Source: Candidatus Entotheonellaceae bacterium
GTDB lineage: Bacteria > Tectomicrobia > Entotheonellia > Entotheonellales > Entotheonellaceae
Length of the DNA stretch: 64,000 bases
Direction of reading: 5' to 3'
Assembly: GCA_965238075.1 (NCBI GenBank)
Contig: OZ250173.1
Coordinates: 3,288,322 to 3,352,321, forward strand
Positions 28,124-38,364 of this stretch are shown here, one piece after another. The notes under the pieces were generated by a model. It was not told where the DNA came from, ran no database searches, and was given only the letters and a program-made list of their open reading frames with translations. Position numbers and translations under genes: made by a program. The first letter of the stretch is position 1. Every line of letters starts with the position of its first letter.

Positions 28124-30169
28124 ATGAAGAAAGTATACGGGATGGTCAAAAGAGTAGGCGTATTGGCTTGCCTAGCGCTGGTGGTGCTATTGGCCAGCGT
28201 CGCAGCACAGGCAACGGTAGCGTCTGATGAGCAACGTATGGGTGCGCATCTCATCGGCACCATTGAGGGGCCCGAGGTCATTACCGATCCGACCCGGATG
28301 CCGACGCAGTTCCAGGAAGCGCCGACGCTAGCCGCCTTGGTCGAGCAGGAAAAGTTGCCGCCAGTAACCGAGCGTCTACCCGCCGAGCCACTGGTGATCA
28401 AACCCTTACACGCCATCGGCACCTACGGTGGCACCTGGCATCGCGGCTTCACGGGTCCAGCCGATAAGTGGAGTGGCTATCGCTGTTGTGCGTTCGACAC
28501 CCTGACCTACGTCGACTTTCGGGGTGAAAAGCTCGTGCCCAACGTGGTCAAGGACTGGCAGGTCTCCGACCAGGGGCGGACGTTCACCCTGTTTCTGCGT
28601 CAGGGCATGAAGTGGAGCGATGGCACCCCGTTCACGGCCGATGATTTTGTCTTCTGGTACGAAGACATGTTTCTGAACGAGGAGCTTAACCCGACCCGGC
28701 ATCAAATCATGTCCATCAATGGTAAGCCGGGGATCTTGGAGAAAGTCGACCCTTACACCATTCAGTTCAAATTCCCTGAGTCCTACTATCTGTTCCTCGA
28801 ATTGCTAGCCGCTGCCACCCCGCTTGGCGGCCACGCCTATCAAGGGCTCTTCAGCATGGGCGGGTACGCCCCGAAACATTATTTGCAGCAGTTTCACCCC
28901 AAGTACGCCGGCTCAGACGCGGTGCAAAAGATCGTGCAGGCCGAGGGATACGACAACTGGGTAAATTTATTCAAATTCAAAAACGACTGGGCACTCAACG
29001 TGAATCTGCCGGTCGTTACGGCCTGGAAAACCGTTTTGCCGATTAACCAGACCACCTGGATGCTCGAACGCAACCCATACTATTGGGCTGTGGACACGGC
29101 CGGTAATCAGCTGCCATACATCGACAAGGTCGTCATGACGTTAGCGGAGGACTTGGAGGTGCTGAACTTGCGCGCCATCTCGGGTGAATATGATTTCCAG
29201 GCCAGGCACATCGATATCCAGAAACTCCCGGTGCTTTTGGAGAATCAGGAGCGGGGTGGCTATGAGGTGTCTCTGGATCCCATGGAAAATGGTTCAGATT
29301 ATGGTATCTGGTTCAACCTGGCCTACGACGCCGACCCGGAAATAGCCCAATGGATCAACAATCGCGACTTTCGTCGTGCCCTGGCGCTGGCAATCGATCG
29401 AGACCAGATCAATGAGATTTTCTTTCTTGGCATTGGCATAGCCGGTTCCGTGGCCCCAGCAGAGGATAACCCGTACAGCCCCGGTCCCGAGTACCGCACC
29501 CGCTGGGCCACCTACGATCCACACAAGGCCAACCAGATGCTCGACGCCATCGGCTTGGTTAACAAAGACCAGCAGGGTTTCCGGCTGCGCACCGACGGCA
29601 AGGAGCGGTTACAGCTCGAGCTGGCGACGCTGGGGAGTCAGTTCGTCCAGCACACCCAGATCTCGGAAATGGTCCGCGAGCACTGGAAACAAATTGGCAT
29701 CGAAATCTTCGTCAAGGAGCACGAACGCAGCCTCTGGGGTACCCGGGCAGGCGCGAACGAGGGCCAACTTTTCGCCTGGGGTAACGATGGTACGGACTCG
29801 CTATTCATCTTTCCGTTCTGGTTGGTCCCTCTGCAGGCAGGGCATTGGGTCAGCTCGCCATACGGCGCCTGGTTTGCCTCCAGCGGTATGCGGGGTAAAG
29901 AGCCCCCTGCTCCTATGCGCCAGGTGATGGACCTGTATAAGCGTGGCTTCACGGTGCCGTTCGAGGATCGGGTGGAGATTGGCAAGCAAATCTGGCGTAT
30001 CCACCTCGATGAAGTTTGGCATCTCGGCGTGGTGGGACAAGCCGGAGCCGTCATGGGCGTCCGGGTGGTCAGTAACAGAATGGGGAATATCCCGGACCGG
30101 CAGGCTAACCTGAACACCTACAAGCCGCCGGCCCTCTCTCGGCCGCAGACGTTCTTTTTCAAACGGTAA
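28124..30169 (+). CDS. Family 5 ABC solute-binding protein
   Basis: LPPVTERLP, GMKWSDGTPFTADD, ERNPYYW, NQLPYID, FRRAL. Confidence 0.92.
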   Translation: MKKVYGMVKRVGVLACLALVVLLASVAAQATVASDEQRMGAHLIGTIEGPEVITDPTRMPTQFQEAPTLAALVEQEKLPPVTERLPAEPLVIKPLHAIGTYGGTWHRGFTGPADKWSGYRCCAFDTLTYVDFRGEKLVPNVVKDWQVSDQGRTFTLFLRQGMKWSDGTPFTADDFVFWYEDMFLNEELNPTRHQIMSINGKPGILEKVDPYTIQFKFPESYYLFLELLAAATPLGGHAYQGLFSMGGYAPKHYLQQFHPKYAGSDAVQKIVQAEGYDNWVNLFKFKNDWALNVNLPVVTAWKTVLPINQTTWMLERNPYYWAVDTAGNQLPYIDKVVMTLAEDLEVLNLRAISGEYDFQARHIDIQKLPVLLENQERGGYEVSLDPMENGSDYGIWFNLAYDADPEIAQWINNRDFRRALALAIDRDQINEIFFLGIGIAGSVAPAEDNPYSPGPEYRTRWATYDPHKANQMLDAIGLVNKDQQGFRLRTDGKERLQLELATLGSQFVQHTQISEMVREHWKQIGIEIFVKEHERSLWGTRAGANEGQLFAWGNDGTDSLFIFPFWLVPLQAGHWVSSPYGAWFASSGMRGKEPPAPMRQVMDLYKRGFTVPFEDRVEIGKQIWRIHLDEVWHLGVVGQAGAVMGVRVVSNRMGNIPDRQANLNTYKPPALSRPQTFFFKR

Positions 30170-30187
30170 ACGGCTGTCCTCAAAACC

Positions 30188-31063
30188 TTAGTACCGTACC
30201 GTGTCGTCCGGCTCGTCGATGACGCGGTTTTCGAGCGTGCCGAGTTGATCAATCGTGATGCGTACCACATCGCCAGCCTTTAACCACACCTGTGGATCCA
30301 TCCCCAAACCAACGCCACTAGGCGTGCCGGTACAGATCACGTCGCCTGGCTCCAGCGTAAAGGCAGTGGAGAGATGAACGATGATGTCGGAAAGATTGAA
30401 AATCAGATTCTTCGTATTGGAGTCTTGGCGGAGCTCGCCATTCACCCACGTTCTCAGCGTCAGGTTATGAGGATCGCTCACTTCGTCAGGCGTCGCCATA
30501 TAGGGGCCCAAAGGACAGTGGGTATCCCAGGACTTGCCCATGGTCGTGGTTGGTGAACGGAACTGCCATTCCCGTACGCTGACATCGTTGGCAATCGTGT
30601 AACCGGCGATGACGTCCAAGGCTTTCTCTTTGGGGACACGTCGGCACCGCTTGCCGATGACAAAGGCAAACTCACCTTCATAATCGAGCTGGACAGACTC
30701 TTTTGGCAGGTAAATAGCGCCCTGGGGACCCGTCACGGCGGTCGATTGCTTGTTGAAGATCATGGGCACCGTAGGAATGTCAAACCCCCCTTCTGCCGCA
30801 TGGTCCCTATAATTGAGCCCAACCGCAAGAATCTTCGGTGGGCGACGAATCGGTGCTTCGAGGCTCACGTCCCTCAGGGCTAGACGTCCTGTCCCGGATG
30901 CGCACACCTCTCGGGCGGTATTGAAGGCGGCCTCGCCTTGGGCGAGAAACGTTAGCATGTCATCCGGCAGACCACGTCCATGGGCAGCAAAATCAACTAC
31001 GGCGTCCAATTCAACGGCACCTAGGCGGGTGCGACCCTCATGGGTAAACGTGACAAGTTTCAT
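30188..31063 (-). CDS. Fumarylacetoacetate hydrolase family protein
   Basis: GLNYRDH, DYEGE, NDVSVR, PGDVICTGTPSGVG. Confidence 0.95.
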   Translation of the reverse strand: MKLVTFTHEGRTRLGAVELDAVVDFAAHGRGLPDDMLTFLAQGEAAFNTAREVCASGTGRLALRDVSLEAPIRRPPKILAVGLNYRDHAAEGGFDIPTVPMIFNKQSTAVTGPQGAIYLPKESVQLDYEGEFAFVIGKRCRRVPKEKALDVIAGYTIANDVSVREWQFRSPTTTMGKSWDTHCPLGPYMATPDEVSDPHNLTLRTWVNGELRQDSNTKNLIFNLSDIIVHLSTAFTLEPGDVICTGTPSGVGLGMDPQVWLKAGDVVRITIDQLGTLENRVIDEPDDTVRY

Positions 31064-31119
31064 CGTGTACTCCTGTTCTGCGCAGGCTGTTCCGTGTCAT
31101 GCCAGGCAGATGATCGACA

Positions 31120-32133
31120 TCAGAGCCGGTAGACCCGAGCGGCGGTGTCGTGGAACAGCTGCGCCTTTTCGTCGGCCGAGTAATTCGCCGTGAGCCGCTT
31201 GAACGAATTCCACAGTACATTGTAGCTGCAACTCACCTTGTCGACGGGATAGTTGGATTCGAACATGCAGCGGGCGGTGCCGAACTGTTGGATGGTGTGC
31301 TCGTAATATGGGCGGGTGGTCTCCATCAACTCCTGTGACGTGGGTGGCCGCTCGCGCTCGTGCCAGCCGAAGCCGTTGACTTCCATGTTGATGCCGCCGA
31401 GCTTGGCCACCACATTCTCACACTTCGCCAACTCGATGATGTCCTTGCGCCACTGCGCCATGATTTCCTGGCGCTTGCCGGCGTAGGGGCCGACGCCGAG
31501 GGGGCCGCCAAAATGATCGAGAATGATTGTGGTATCGGGGAAGGCGCGGGCGAGGTCGGTAAGCTCCGTGATCTGGTGGTGATAGCACCAGCCTTCGAAG
31601 GTCATGTTGTGGCGGGCCAAGTGGACGAACCCGGAGCGGAAACTGGCATCGAGGTGCAAATGCGCCGGCGGCATTGGGCGATTGGAGATGAGAGGGCCAG
31701 CTGCGTCCCACGAGGCGCTGTGGCGAATGCCGCGGAAGCGCCCGCCCCCGGCCTGGAGATGGGCTTCAAGCACCGGCGCTGCGGCATCGCCCAGCCTGAG
31801 ATCGACCGTGCCCACGATGCCGGCGGCGACCCGGCTCGGGCCATACGCTCCCGAAGCACTCATGGCGGCAATACCGTTGACGAATTCCGTTTCGCCCACC
31901 GGCCGCATGGCTTCCGGGCCGTCGGCCTTGTGCATGGCGCTGCATTGCACGAAGACCGTCGAGACGACGTTGTGGCCACTGTTGATGTCGGCCAGAACCT
32001 CGTCAAGCAGGTAGCGCGGCTCGACCCGCTCGTAACGGTGGTCCCACAAGTGATGATGTGGGTCGCAAATCGGTAGGTCCGGCTCAATCGTGTCTTCCTG
32101 CACGAGCGAAAGCCAGTGGTCATTGGTCGCCAT
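31120..32133 (-). CDS. Amidohydrolase 2 family protein
   Basis: DPHHHLW, LDHFG, MFESNYPVD. Confidence 0.92.
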   Translation of the reverse strand: MATNDHWLSLVQEDTIEPDLPICDPHHHLWDHRYERVEPRYLLDEVLADINSGHNVVSTVFVQCSAMHKADGPEAMRPVGETEFVNGIAAMSASGAYGPSRVAAGIVGTVDLRLGDAAAPVLEAHLQAGGGRFRGIRHSASWDAAGPLISNRPMPPAHLHLDASFRSGFVHLARHNMTFEGWCYHHQITELTDLARAFPDTTIILDHFGGPLGVGPYAGKRQEIMAQWRKDIIELAKCENVVAKLGGINMEVNGFGWHERERPPTSQELMETTRPYYEHTIQQFGTARCMFESNYPVDKVSCSYNVLWNSFKRLTANYSADEKAQLFHDTAARVYRL

Positions 32134-32350
32134 GTCAGTCCTTTCAATGGTGGCTGTTTTCAACAGGCATGCGGCGTGGCTTGATTTGTCAGGGCGCCAT
32201 TCTATGTTGAGCGGGCTTCGCGTTCAACTTGAATAAGCCCACTGGAATTTCTATGCTACTTGCCGCAATTCGGACGTGTTCCCCCATTTTCCTACCGAGC
32301 GGCCTGGAAGGCGCCGCGGCAACCGCTTGCCATCGAGGCCACAACGCCAA

Positions 32351-33427
32351 ATGCCGTCCATAAGTTCTGAGCAACTCCAGAAGGACAATGCTATTCCGCT
32401 TGTCGTTGACGTGGACGGTTCGTTGGTCAGGGGCGACCTGCTGACCGAAGGCTTGCTGCGGCTGTTCGGGGATTCGCCTGCCAAACTGTTCGCCCTGCCC
32501 TTTTGGCTGGCCGGCGGGCGCGCCCCACTGAAGCGCTGGCTCGCACAGCAGACCGGTATCCTGTCCGCGGCGACTCTGGTCCTGAACCCGGCCGTGCTGG
32601 AGGAAATCGACGCTGCTAGACGGGCGGGGCGTGAGGTGTGGCTGGCTTCCGGTTCGGACGAAATGGTCGTTGCGCCCCTTGCCCGGGAGGTGGGGGCCAC
32701 CGGTTGCTTCGCTTCGGACGGCCGCACCAACCTGGTTGGTCACATCAAAGCCGCTGTCCTCGTCGACCGCTTCGGTGAGCACGGTTTCGACTACGTCGGC
32801 AACGAGCGGCGCGATCTGGCTGTTTGGGAACGCGCGCGGCGCGCCATTGGGGTTAACCTCTCGGCACGTCTGGCGCGGCAGGTGAAGGCGCTGGATCCGC
32901 ACGCCCGTTTTCATCCCGGACTCGGCGGTGGCGCCTTGGACTTTCTGTGTGCTTTGCGTCCGCGCCAGTGGATGGCCAATGCGCTCGTATTCGTTCCTGT
33001 CATTGCGGAGCCGGATGCCCATGCCGGGCAATATTGGGTTGCGGCCGGTGGGTTTGCGGCCCTTTCAGCCTGTGCCTCCAGCCGTTGTGTTGTGGAAGAC
33101 CTGCTCAATTTGCCGCGCGACCGGCAACGGGTAAGCAAACGTCACCAACCGATGGCAGCGGGCAAAACGCCCTTGCCTTCCATGATTGCCGTCGCTTCCG
33201 TCCTGGCGGCGGGGGGACTCGCCCTCGCCTTTTGGCTTTCGGCTGCCATTGGGCTTGCCGTCCTCCTCTATGCGATTCTGGGTTTGTGTTACTTGCTGTG
33301 GCTCAGGCAAAACACACGCGTTGGCATCTTCGCACGCGCTTTGCTCAACCTATATCCTCTCGTTGTGGGAGCAGCGGTCGTGCGGGTCCCCTGGTCGCTG
33401 GGGGTTTCGGCTTTTTGGGGGAGTTGA
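32351..33427 (+). CDS. HAD-like plus UbiA prenyltransferase fusion, degenerate or C-terminally truncated
   Basis: VVDVDGSL, ASDGRTNL, LRPRQWMAN; Asp-rich motif altered to EDLLNLPRDR. Confidence 0.7.
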   Translation: MPSISSEQLQKDNAIPLVVDVDGSLVRGDLLTEGLLRLFGDSPAKLFALPFWLAGGRAPLKRWLAQQTGILSAATLVLNPAVLEEIDAARRAGREVWLASGSDEMVVAPLAREVGATGCFASDGRTNLVGHIKAAVLVDRFGEHGFDYVGNERRDLAVWERARRAIGVNLSARLARQVKALDPHARFHPGLGGGALDFLCALRPRQWMANALVFVPVIAEPDAHAGQYWVAAGGFAALSACASSRCVVEDLLNLPRDRQRVSKRHQPMAAGKTPLPSMIAVASVLAAGGLALAFWLSAAIGLAVLLYAILGLCYLLWLRQNTRVGIFARALLNLYPLVVGAAVVRVPWSLGVSAFWGS

Positions 33428-33464
33428 CGGGATTGAATAGGGGTGCAATTCGCAGGAGGTGAAG

Positions 33465-34454
33465 ATGGCAACACTGATTACGGGAGGCGCCGGGTTTATC
33501 GGCCTGGAAGTGGTACGGCTTCTGCTTTCGCGGGGTGAGAAGCGCCCGCTGGTGATGAGCCGAAATCCCTCGCCGAAACGGCTGGGCGACGTGGCGGATG
33601 AGGTAGAAGTGACGCGGGGCGATCTGGGGAATTTCAGCCATGTGCTGGAGGCCGTCAAGAAGGCGCGGCCGCAGGTGATCTACCACCTGGGCGCTACCCT
33701 GTCCGTCCCTTCGGAGGCCGATCCGGCCAGTGCCATGCAGACCAACGCGATGGGCACTTTCCACGTGCTGGAAGCGGCGCGGCTGTTCGATGTGCCACAG
33801 GTCGTGTTTGCCAGCAGCGTGGGCACCTACGGGTCCGATATCCGGGACGACACCATCGATGACGCAACGATCCAGCGTCCGCAGCTTTTCTATGGCATGA
33901 CCAAGGTGTTCGGCGAACACATGGGGCTGTTTTACCGGCGCAAGCACGGGGTTGATTTTCGGGGTATACGATATCCATCCATCATTGGACCTGGTGTGCG
34001 TACGCCAGGCGCGGTGCAATACACCTCCTGGGTCATCGAATCGTGTGCCCAAGGCCGTCCCTACACCATCTGGGTTGAGCCCGAAACGAGGGTTCCGGTC
34101 ATGTACATCAAGGACGCGGCCCTGGCCACCGTGCAATTGGCGCAAGCGGCGCGGCAGGCCATTACAACGGTCAACTACCTTGTCAATGGCGTGACACCAA
34201 CGCCGAGCGCGGGTGAGCTGGCCGACGTTGTGCGGTCCAGAGTCTCCGGGGTTCGGATTGAATTCAAGCCGGACGTGGACCTCCAGCGCCTGATTCAGGA
34301 GTCTCTGCGGCCACTGGACGACCGCAAGGCGCAGCAAGAATGGGGCTGGAAGCCGAGCTATGACCTGGAAAGCCTGGTGCAGGATTTTCTGCTGGAGTTG
34401 AAGGCTCATCCGCCCAATCCGGGAGATGCTGACCTCACGCTTATCCCGGGATGA
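33465..34454 (+). CDS. NAD-dependent epimerase/dehydratase (SDR-type threonine dehydrogenase-like)
   Basis: TGGAGFIG, YGMTK, DFRGIRYP. Confidence 0.9.
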   Translation: MATLITGGAGFIGLEVVRLLLSRGEKRPLVMSRNPSPKRLGDVADEVEVTRGDLGNFSHVLEAVKKARPQVIYHLGATLSVPSEADPASAMQTNAMGTFHVLEAARLFDVPQVVFASSVGTYGSDIRDDTIDDATIQRPQLFYGMTKVFGEHMGLFYRRKHGVDFRGIRYPSIIGPGVRTPGAVQYTSWVIESCAQGRPYTIWVEPETRVPVMYIKDAALATVQLAQAARQAITTVNYLVNGVTPTPSAGELADVVRSRVSGVRIEFKPDVDLQRLIQESLRPLDDRKAQQEWGWKPSYDLESLVQDFLLELKAHPPNPGDADLTLIPG

Positions 34455-35526
34455 CGTGCAAATGCTGCCGGCTGAGTTCCACAACGAGATTGGGCGTTGT
34501 TTGCAGTGCAAGCCGGTGATAGACGTAGCCCGGTAGCACGATTTCCAAATCGTATGCCGCCTCACTGTTGTCCAGCCGCAGATGAAGGGTGTAGGTCTCC
34601 GCCTGCATGTCGGTATGGACGATGGAGCCGCTTAGCAGGTTCTGGCGCTCGCGGGCGGCGAAACGATCCGGACGTACAATCAGAATCTGAGTGGGACGAA
34701 TACAAACGTGCACGGGTGTTCCTGCCGCCAGGGGTTGCGCGTCCGTTGCCAGCAGATGATCGCGCCACTTCAGCCACATCGTTTTCTCGTCGACGCGCTC
34801 CACGACCGCCGGCAGGATGTTGCCCGTTTGCACAAACTCCGCCACCCGCCGGCTCGTCGGACGGAAGAACACCTCATCCCGCGTCCCCTGCTGAATCACC
34901 CTGCCGTTGTCGTACACGATGACCCGCTGTCCGAGCGCAAAGACATCGGACAGGTCGTGCGTCACGATCAGCATCGAGATGTTCCACAGCTTTTGCACCT
35001 GCGCCAGCTCCTGGCGCAAGGCGCCCCGCAGGGCGGCATCAAGCGCCGCAAACGGCTCATCCAGAAGTAGCAAGCCCGGTTGCACGGCCAGCGCACGCGC
35101 GAGCGCGACCCGTTGCTGCTGACCGCCGGAGAGCTGGCGTGGCCGGCGCTCGGCCAGCGCCTGCAGGTCGAAATTACGGAGCAACTGCGCAACCCGCTGC
35201 CGACGCGTCTCGCGCGGCAGCCGATCCAGCCCGAAGCCGATGTTGTCGGCAACGCTCAGATGCGGGAACAGCGCGTAGTGCTGAGGCACGTATCCAACAC
35301 GGCGCTTTTGGGCGGGGAGATTAAGGCCGCTGGAGCTGTCGAAGATGGGATGGCCGTCGAGCGAGATGCGTCCCTCGTCGGGCTCTATCGTCCCGGCAAT
35401 GGTTTGGAGCGTCAGGCTTTTGCCCGATCCTGAGGGGCCGAACAGCGTGATCAGTCCACCCGGCGCCGCGAAGGCCGCGTCGAGTTGAAATTCCCCTAGC
35501 CTTTTGCGCAGGGCCACCTCAAGCAT
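34441..35526 (-). CDS. modC: Molybdate ABC transporter ATPase
   Basis: GPSGSGKS, LSGGQQQR, adjacent to modAB. Confidence 0.88.
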   Translation of the reverse strand: MLEVALRKRLGEFQLDAAFAAPGGLITLFGPSGSGKSLTLQTIAGTIEPDEGRISLDGHPIFDSSSGLNLPAQKRRVGYVPQHYALFPHLSVADNIGFGLDRLPRETRRQRVAQLLRNFDLQALAERRPRQLSGGQQQRVALARALAVQPGLLLLDEPFAALDAALRGALRQELAQVQKLWNISMLIVTHDLSDVFALGQRVIVYDNGRVIQQGTRDEVFFRPTSRRVAEFVQTGNILPAVVERVDEKTMWLKWRDHLLATDAQPLAAGTPVHVCIRPTQILIVRPDRFAARERQNLLSGSIVHTDMQAETYTLHLRLDNSEAAYDLEIVLPGYVYHRLALQTTPNLVVELSRQHLHVIPG

Positions 35527-36352
35527 AGGTTCCGTAACTCCTGCGCCGGGCAAAGAACCGGGTGGCGAAGAGGCCGCCGAACGGCACGATTATCAACAGG
35601 GTGGCGAGTACCAGGGCGGTAGTCAGATCCGATTCCATGGCAATGTAGATAGCCAGTGGCATGGTCTGGGTGCGACCGGTGAGATTGCCGGCGAACATGA
35701 TCGTGGCGCCGAACTCGCCCAAGGCGCGCGCCCACGCCATGACGGCGCCGCTCAGCAAGGCCGGGAACGCCAGGGGCACGGTGACGCGAAGGAACGTCCG
35801 GGTGGCGGAGTATCCAAGGGTATAGGCGACGCGCTCCAGTTCCGGATCAACGCCGCGAAACCCGGCTTGGGCGGAGCGGACGTACAACGGCATGCTGACA
35901 AAGCTTTGCGCCAGAACGACCGCCGCCATGGTGAACACAACCTGTATGCCCATCGCGTTCAGCCACGGTCCCAAGAGTCCTCGGCGTCCAAACGTCATCA
36001 GCAGGGCCACCCCGGCCACGGTGGGCGGCAGCACCATCGGCAGGTCCAGCAGGGTGTCGAACAGCGTGGTCCCGGGGCCGCGGCGTCGCGCCAGAACGTA
36101 GGCCAGCGGGGTGCCGAAGGCGACCGTCAGCACCAGACTGCTCAGTGAGGTGATCAGGCTGGTCCGCAAGGCTTGCGTGACGAACGGCTCTTGCAGGGTA
36201 TGCCACAGATGACTTTGCGGCAGGACTTTGAGAAAAATTGCCAGCAGGGGGAGGATCAGAAAAGTGACCGCGACCAAGGCCGGTACGCGCCATAGGATGC
36301 TTCGCTCGGCAAGAGGCCAGAAACGGGAATGTCGGCGCCCATGATTTGGCAT
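35519..36352 (-). CDS. modB: Molybdate ABC transporter permease
   Basis: LPMVLPPTVAG, WARALGEFGAT, TQTMPLAIY. Confidence 0.93.
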   Translation of the reverse strand: MPNHGRRHSRFWPLAERSILWRVPALVAVTFLILPLLAIFLKVLPQSHLWHTLQEPFVTQALRTSLITSLSSLVLTVAFGTPLAYVLARRRGPGTTLFDTLLDLPMVLPPTVAGVALLMTFGRRGLLGPWLNAMGIQVVFTMAAVVLAQSFVSMPLYVRSAQAGFRGVDPELERVAYTLGYSATRTFLRVTVPLAFPALLSGAVMAWARALGEFGATIMFAGNLTGRTQTMPLAIYIAMESDLTTALVLATLLIIVPFGGLFATRFFARRRSYGTYA

Positions 36353-36361
36353 GAGAAAAAC

Positions 36362-37168
36362 TTATTCGGTGACTGGAATGAAGCCGTGAGCTTTCAAAAT
36401 GGCCTGCCCTGCCGGCGAGAGTACGAAACGGATGAAGGCCGCCGCTCCCGAGGGATTGCGCGCTGCCCGCGTTGCCGCGATGGGATAGTTGGCGAGGCGA
36501 TTGTATGCGCCCGGAATGGGTACGGTGCTGATGTCTTGTAGGGTTTTTTCGGACACGTCCGAAGCGTACACGATGCCGGCATCCGCCTCGCCGAGCTGAA
36601 CTTTGACCAGCACCTGTTTGACACTCGTTTCTTCCGAGACCAGATTGCTCAGCACCCGTGCCGTAAAGTCTGTTCCATAATCCGCCTGCGTGGATTCCAA
36701 AGCCTCCCGGCTATAGCGTCCGACGGGCACCTGCGGACCCGCGAGGGTCAATTTCAGGCCCGGCTTCGCAAGGTCTGCAAAGGAAGTTGCCTGACTTGGG
36801 TTGTCGCGGGGCACGATGATCAGCAAGGTGTTGCGAACGAAAACCTGCGGCGACCCGTCTATCAGCCCGCGGTCCAGGGCGCGTTGCATTTGTGCGTCGT
36901 CCGCGGAGGCGAAAACATCCGCCGCTGCACCCTGTTCGAGTTGGGTGCGCAATGCCTGCGAGCCCGCAAAGTTGTGCATGATGCGCAACCGGGGATGAGC
37001 ATCCCGAATGCCGCGGGCCATGTCCGTGAAGGCAGCCGTCAGGGAAGCGGCCGCCATGACGACCACCTCGCCGCTGGGCTGAGATGCGGTGGCGCCGGCA
37101 TGGCTGACCAGCCCGATCCACAAGATCATACCTGCCAGCGCGGTTGCCGCCCTGCCCCGCCCCGTCAT
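36362..37168 (-). CDS. modA: Molybdate-binding protein
   Basis: AAASL, FAGS, ADVFASA, VPVGRY, DAGIVYASD. Confidence 0.93.
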   Translation of the reverse strand: MTGRGRAATALAGMILWIGLVSHAGATASQPSGEVVVMAAASLTAAFTDMARGIRDAHPRLRIMHNFAGSQALRTQLEQGAAADVFASADDAQMQRALDRGLIDGSPQVFVRNTLLIIVPRDNPSQATSFADLAKPGLKLTLAGPQVPVGRYSREALESTQADYGTDFTARVLSNLVSEETSVKQVLVKVQLGEADAGIVYASDVSEKTLQDISTVPIPGAYNRLANYPIAATRAARNPSGAAAFIRFVLSPAGQAILKAHGFIPVTE

Positions 37169-37187
37169 CGCTCCGTAACTCGCCGGA

Positions 37188-38324
37188 TTACCATCCCAGT
37201 GCATCGGCGAGACGGCGATGGTGGTAGCGGGCGTCCCCGAGAAAATGATACAGGGTGCGCGAACGCTGCGTGTGCAGGGTCAGGCCGTACTCGCGCATCA
37301 CGCCCACGCCGGCGTGTACCTCGTGCCCACCGGCGCAGACCTTGAGATATGCCTCGCTTGTTACCGCCTTGGCCAGGTGAACGCTGGACCGGGAATCGCG
37401 TCCGGAATCGAGCTTCCAGAGGGCCTCGCAGGTCGTCCAACGCGCGGCATCCAGGCGGTTGACGGCGCCGATGATGTGGTCCTGGACGCGCTGAAACCGA
37501 CCGATTGGCTGCGAAAACTGATGTCGGGTGCGGCTGTAGGCCACGGACATGTCCACAACGGCTTGGCAGGAACCCACCTGATAGGCGCAGAGGATGGGGA
37601 TTGCCCCCATCGACGCCGCTTCGAGGATGTCCCACCCATTCCCTGGCGTATCGCCCAGAACGTTTGCGGCCGGCACCCGTACGTTGTCGAAACGGATCTC
37701 GTCCACCTGCGACATCCAGCCCGGCAGCGTTCGGATCGCTACGCCGGGGCTGTCGGCTTCCACCACGAAAAAGGTAATGCCGCTCCCTGAGCCGTTGTCG
37801 GGCGTCGCCGTGCGGGCGGCGCACAGCAGGTGCGTTGCCGCCTGGGCGTCGTGCACGAAGAGTTTGGTGCCGTTGAGGATGTAATGGTCCCCCTGCCGGC
37901 TGGCCGGCAGCTGCACCGTGTCGGGAATCCAGCCGTACTGGGGTTCGGTAACGGCGACGCTCAGCACCGTCGTTCCTTGCGCGACGCCGGGCAACAATTC
38001 CTGTTTCTGGGCTTCCGTGCCGCCTAGCAGGACGATAAGGGTGCCAAGGACGCTTGACGAAAAATGAGGGCCCAGCACAGGGCCGCGTCCCAGCTCTTCG
38101 AATAAGACAGCGGTATCGGTGAGGGAACGGTCGGTGCCGCCGAAGGATTCGGGGATCAAAATGCCCAGCCAGCCAAGATCGGCCGCTTGGCGGAAGAGTT
38201 CGGGGGTGATACCCGTGGGGGTGTTTTCCAAGGCGATCAGCGTGTCTTTGTCATATTCCTGCCGCACGAAATCAGCGACTGCCGTCTTGAGTATCTCTTG
38301 GGCTTCCGTCAATCCCAGGTCCAT
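37188..38324 (-). CDS. Acyl-CoA dehydrogenase family protein (short partner subunit)
   Basis: LNGTKLFV, RHQFSQPIGRFQ, HAGVG. Confidence 0.92.
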   Translation of the reverse strand: MDLGLTEAQEILKTAVADFVRQEYDKDTLIALENTPTGITPELFRQAADLGWLGILIPESFGGTDRSLTDTAVLFEELGRGPVLGPHFSSSVLGTLIVLLGGTEAQKQELLPGVAQGTTVLSVAVTEPQYGWIPDTVQLPASRQGDHYILNGTKLFVHDAQAATHLLCAARTATPDNGSGSGITFFVVEADSPGVAIRTLPGWMSQVDEIRFDNVRVPAANVLGDTPGNGWDILEAASMGAIPILCAYQVGSCQAVVDMSVAYSRTRHQFSQPIGRFQRVQDHIIGAVNRLDAARWTTCEALWKLDSGRDSRSSVHLAKAVTSEAYLKVCAGGHEVHAGVGVMREYGLTLHTQRSRTLYHFLGDARYHHRRLADALGW

Positions 38325-38364
38325 GCCCGCCCGTTCCTTTCTTTAACCCCGAGTTCCGGCCCGT

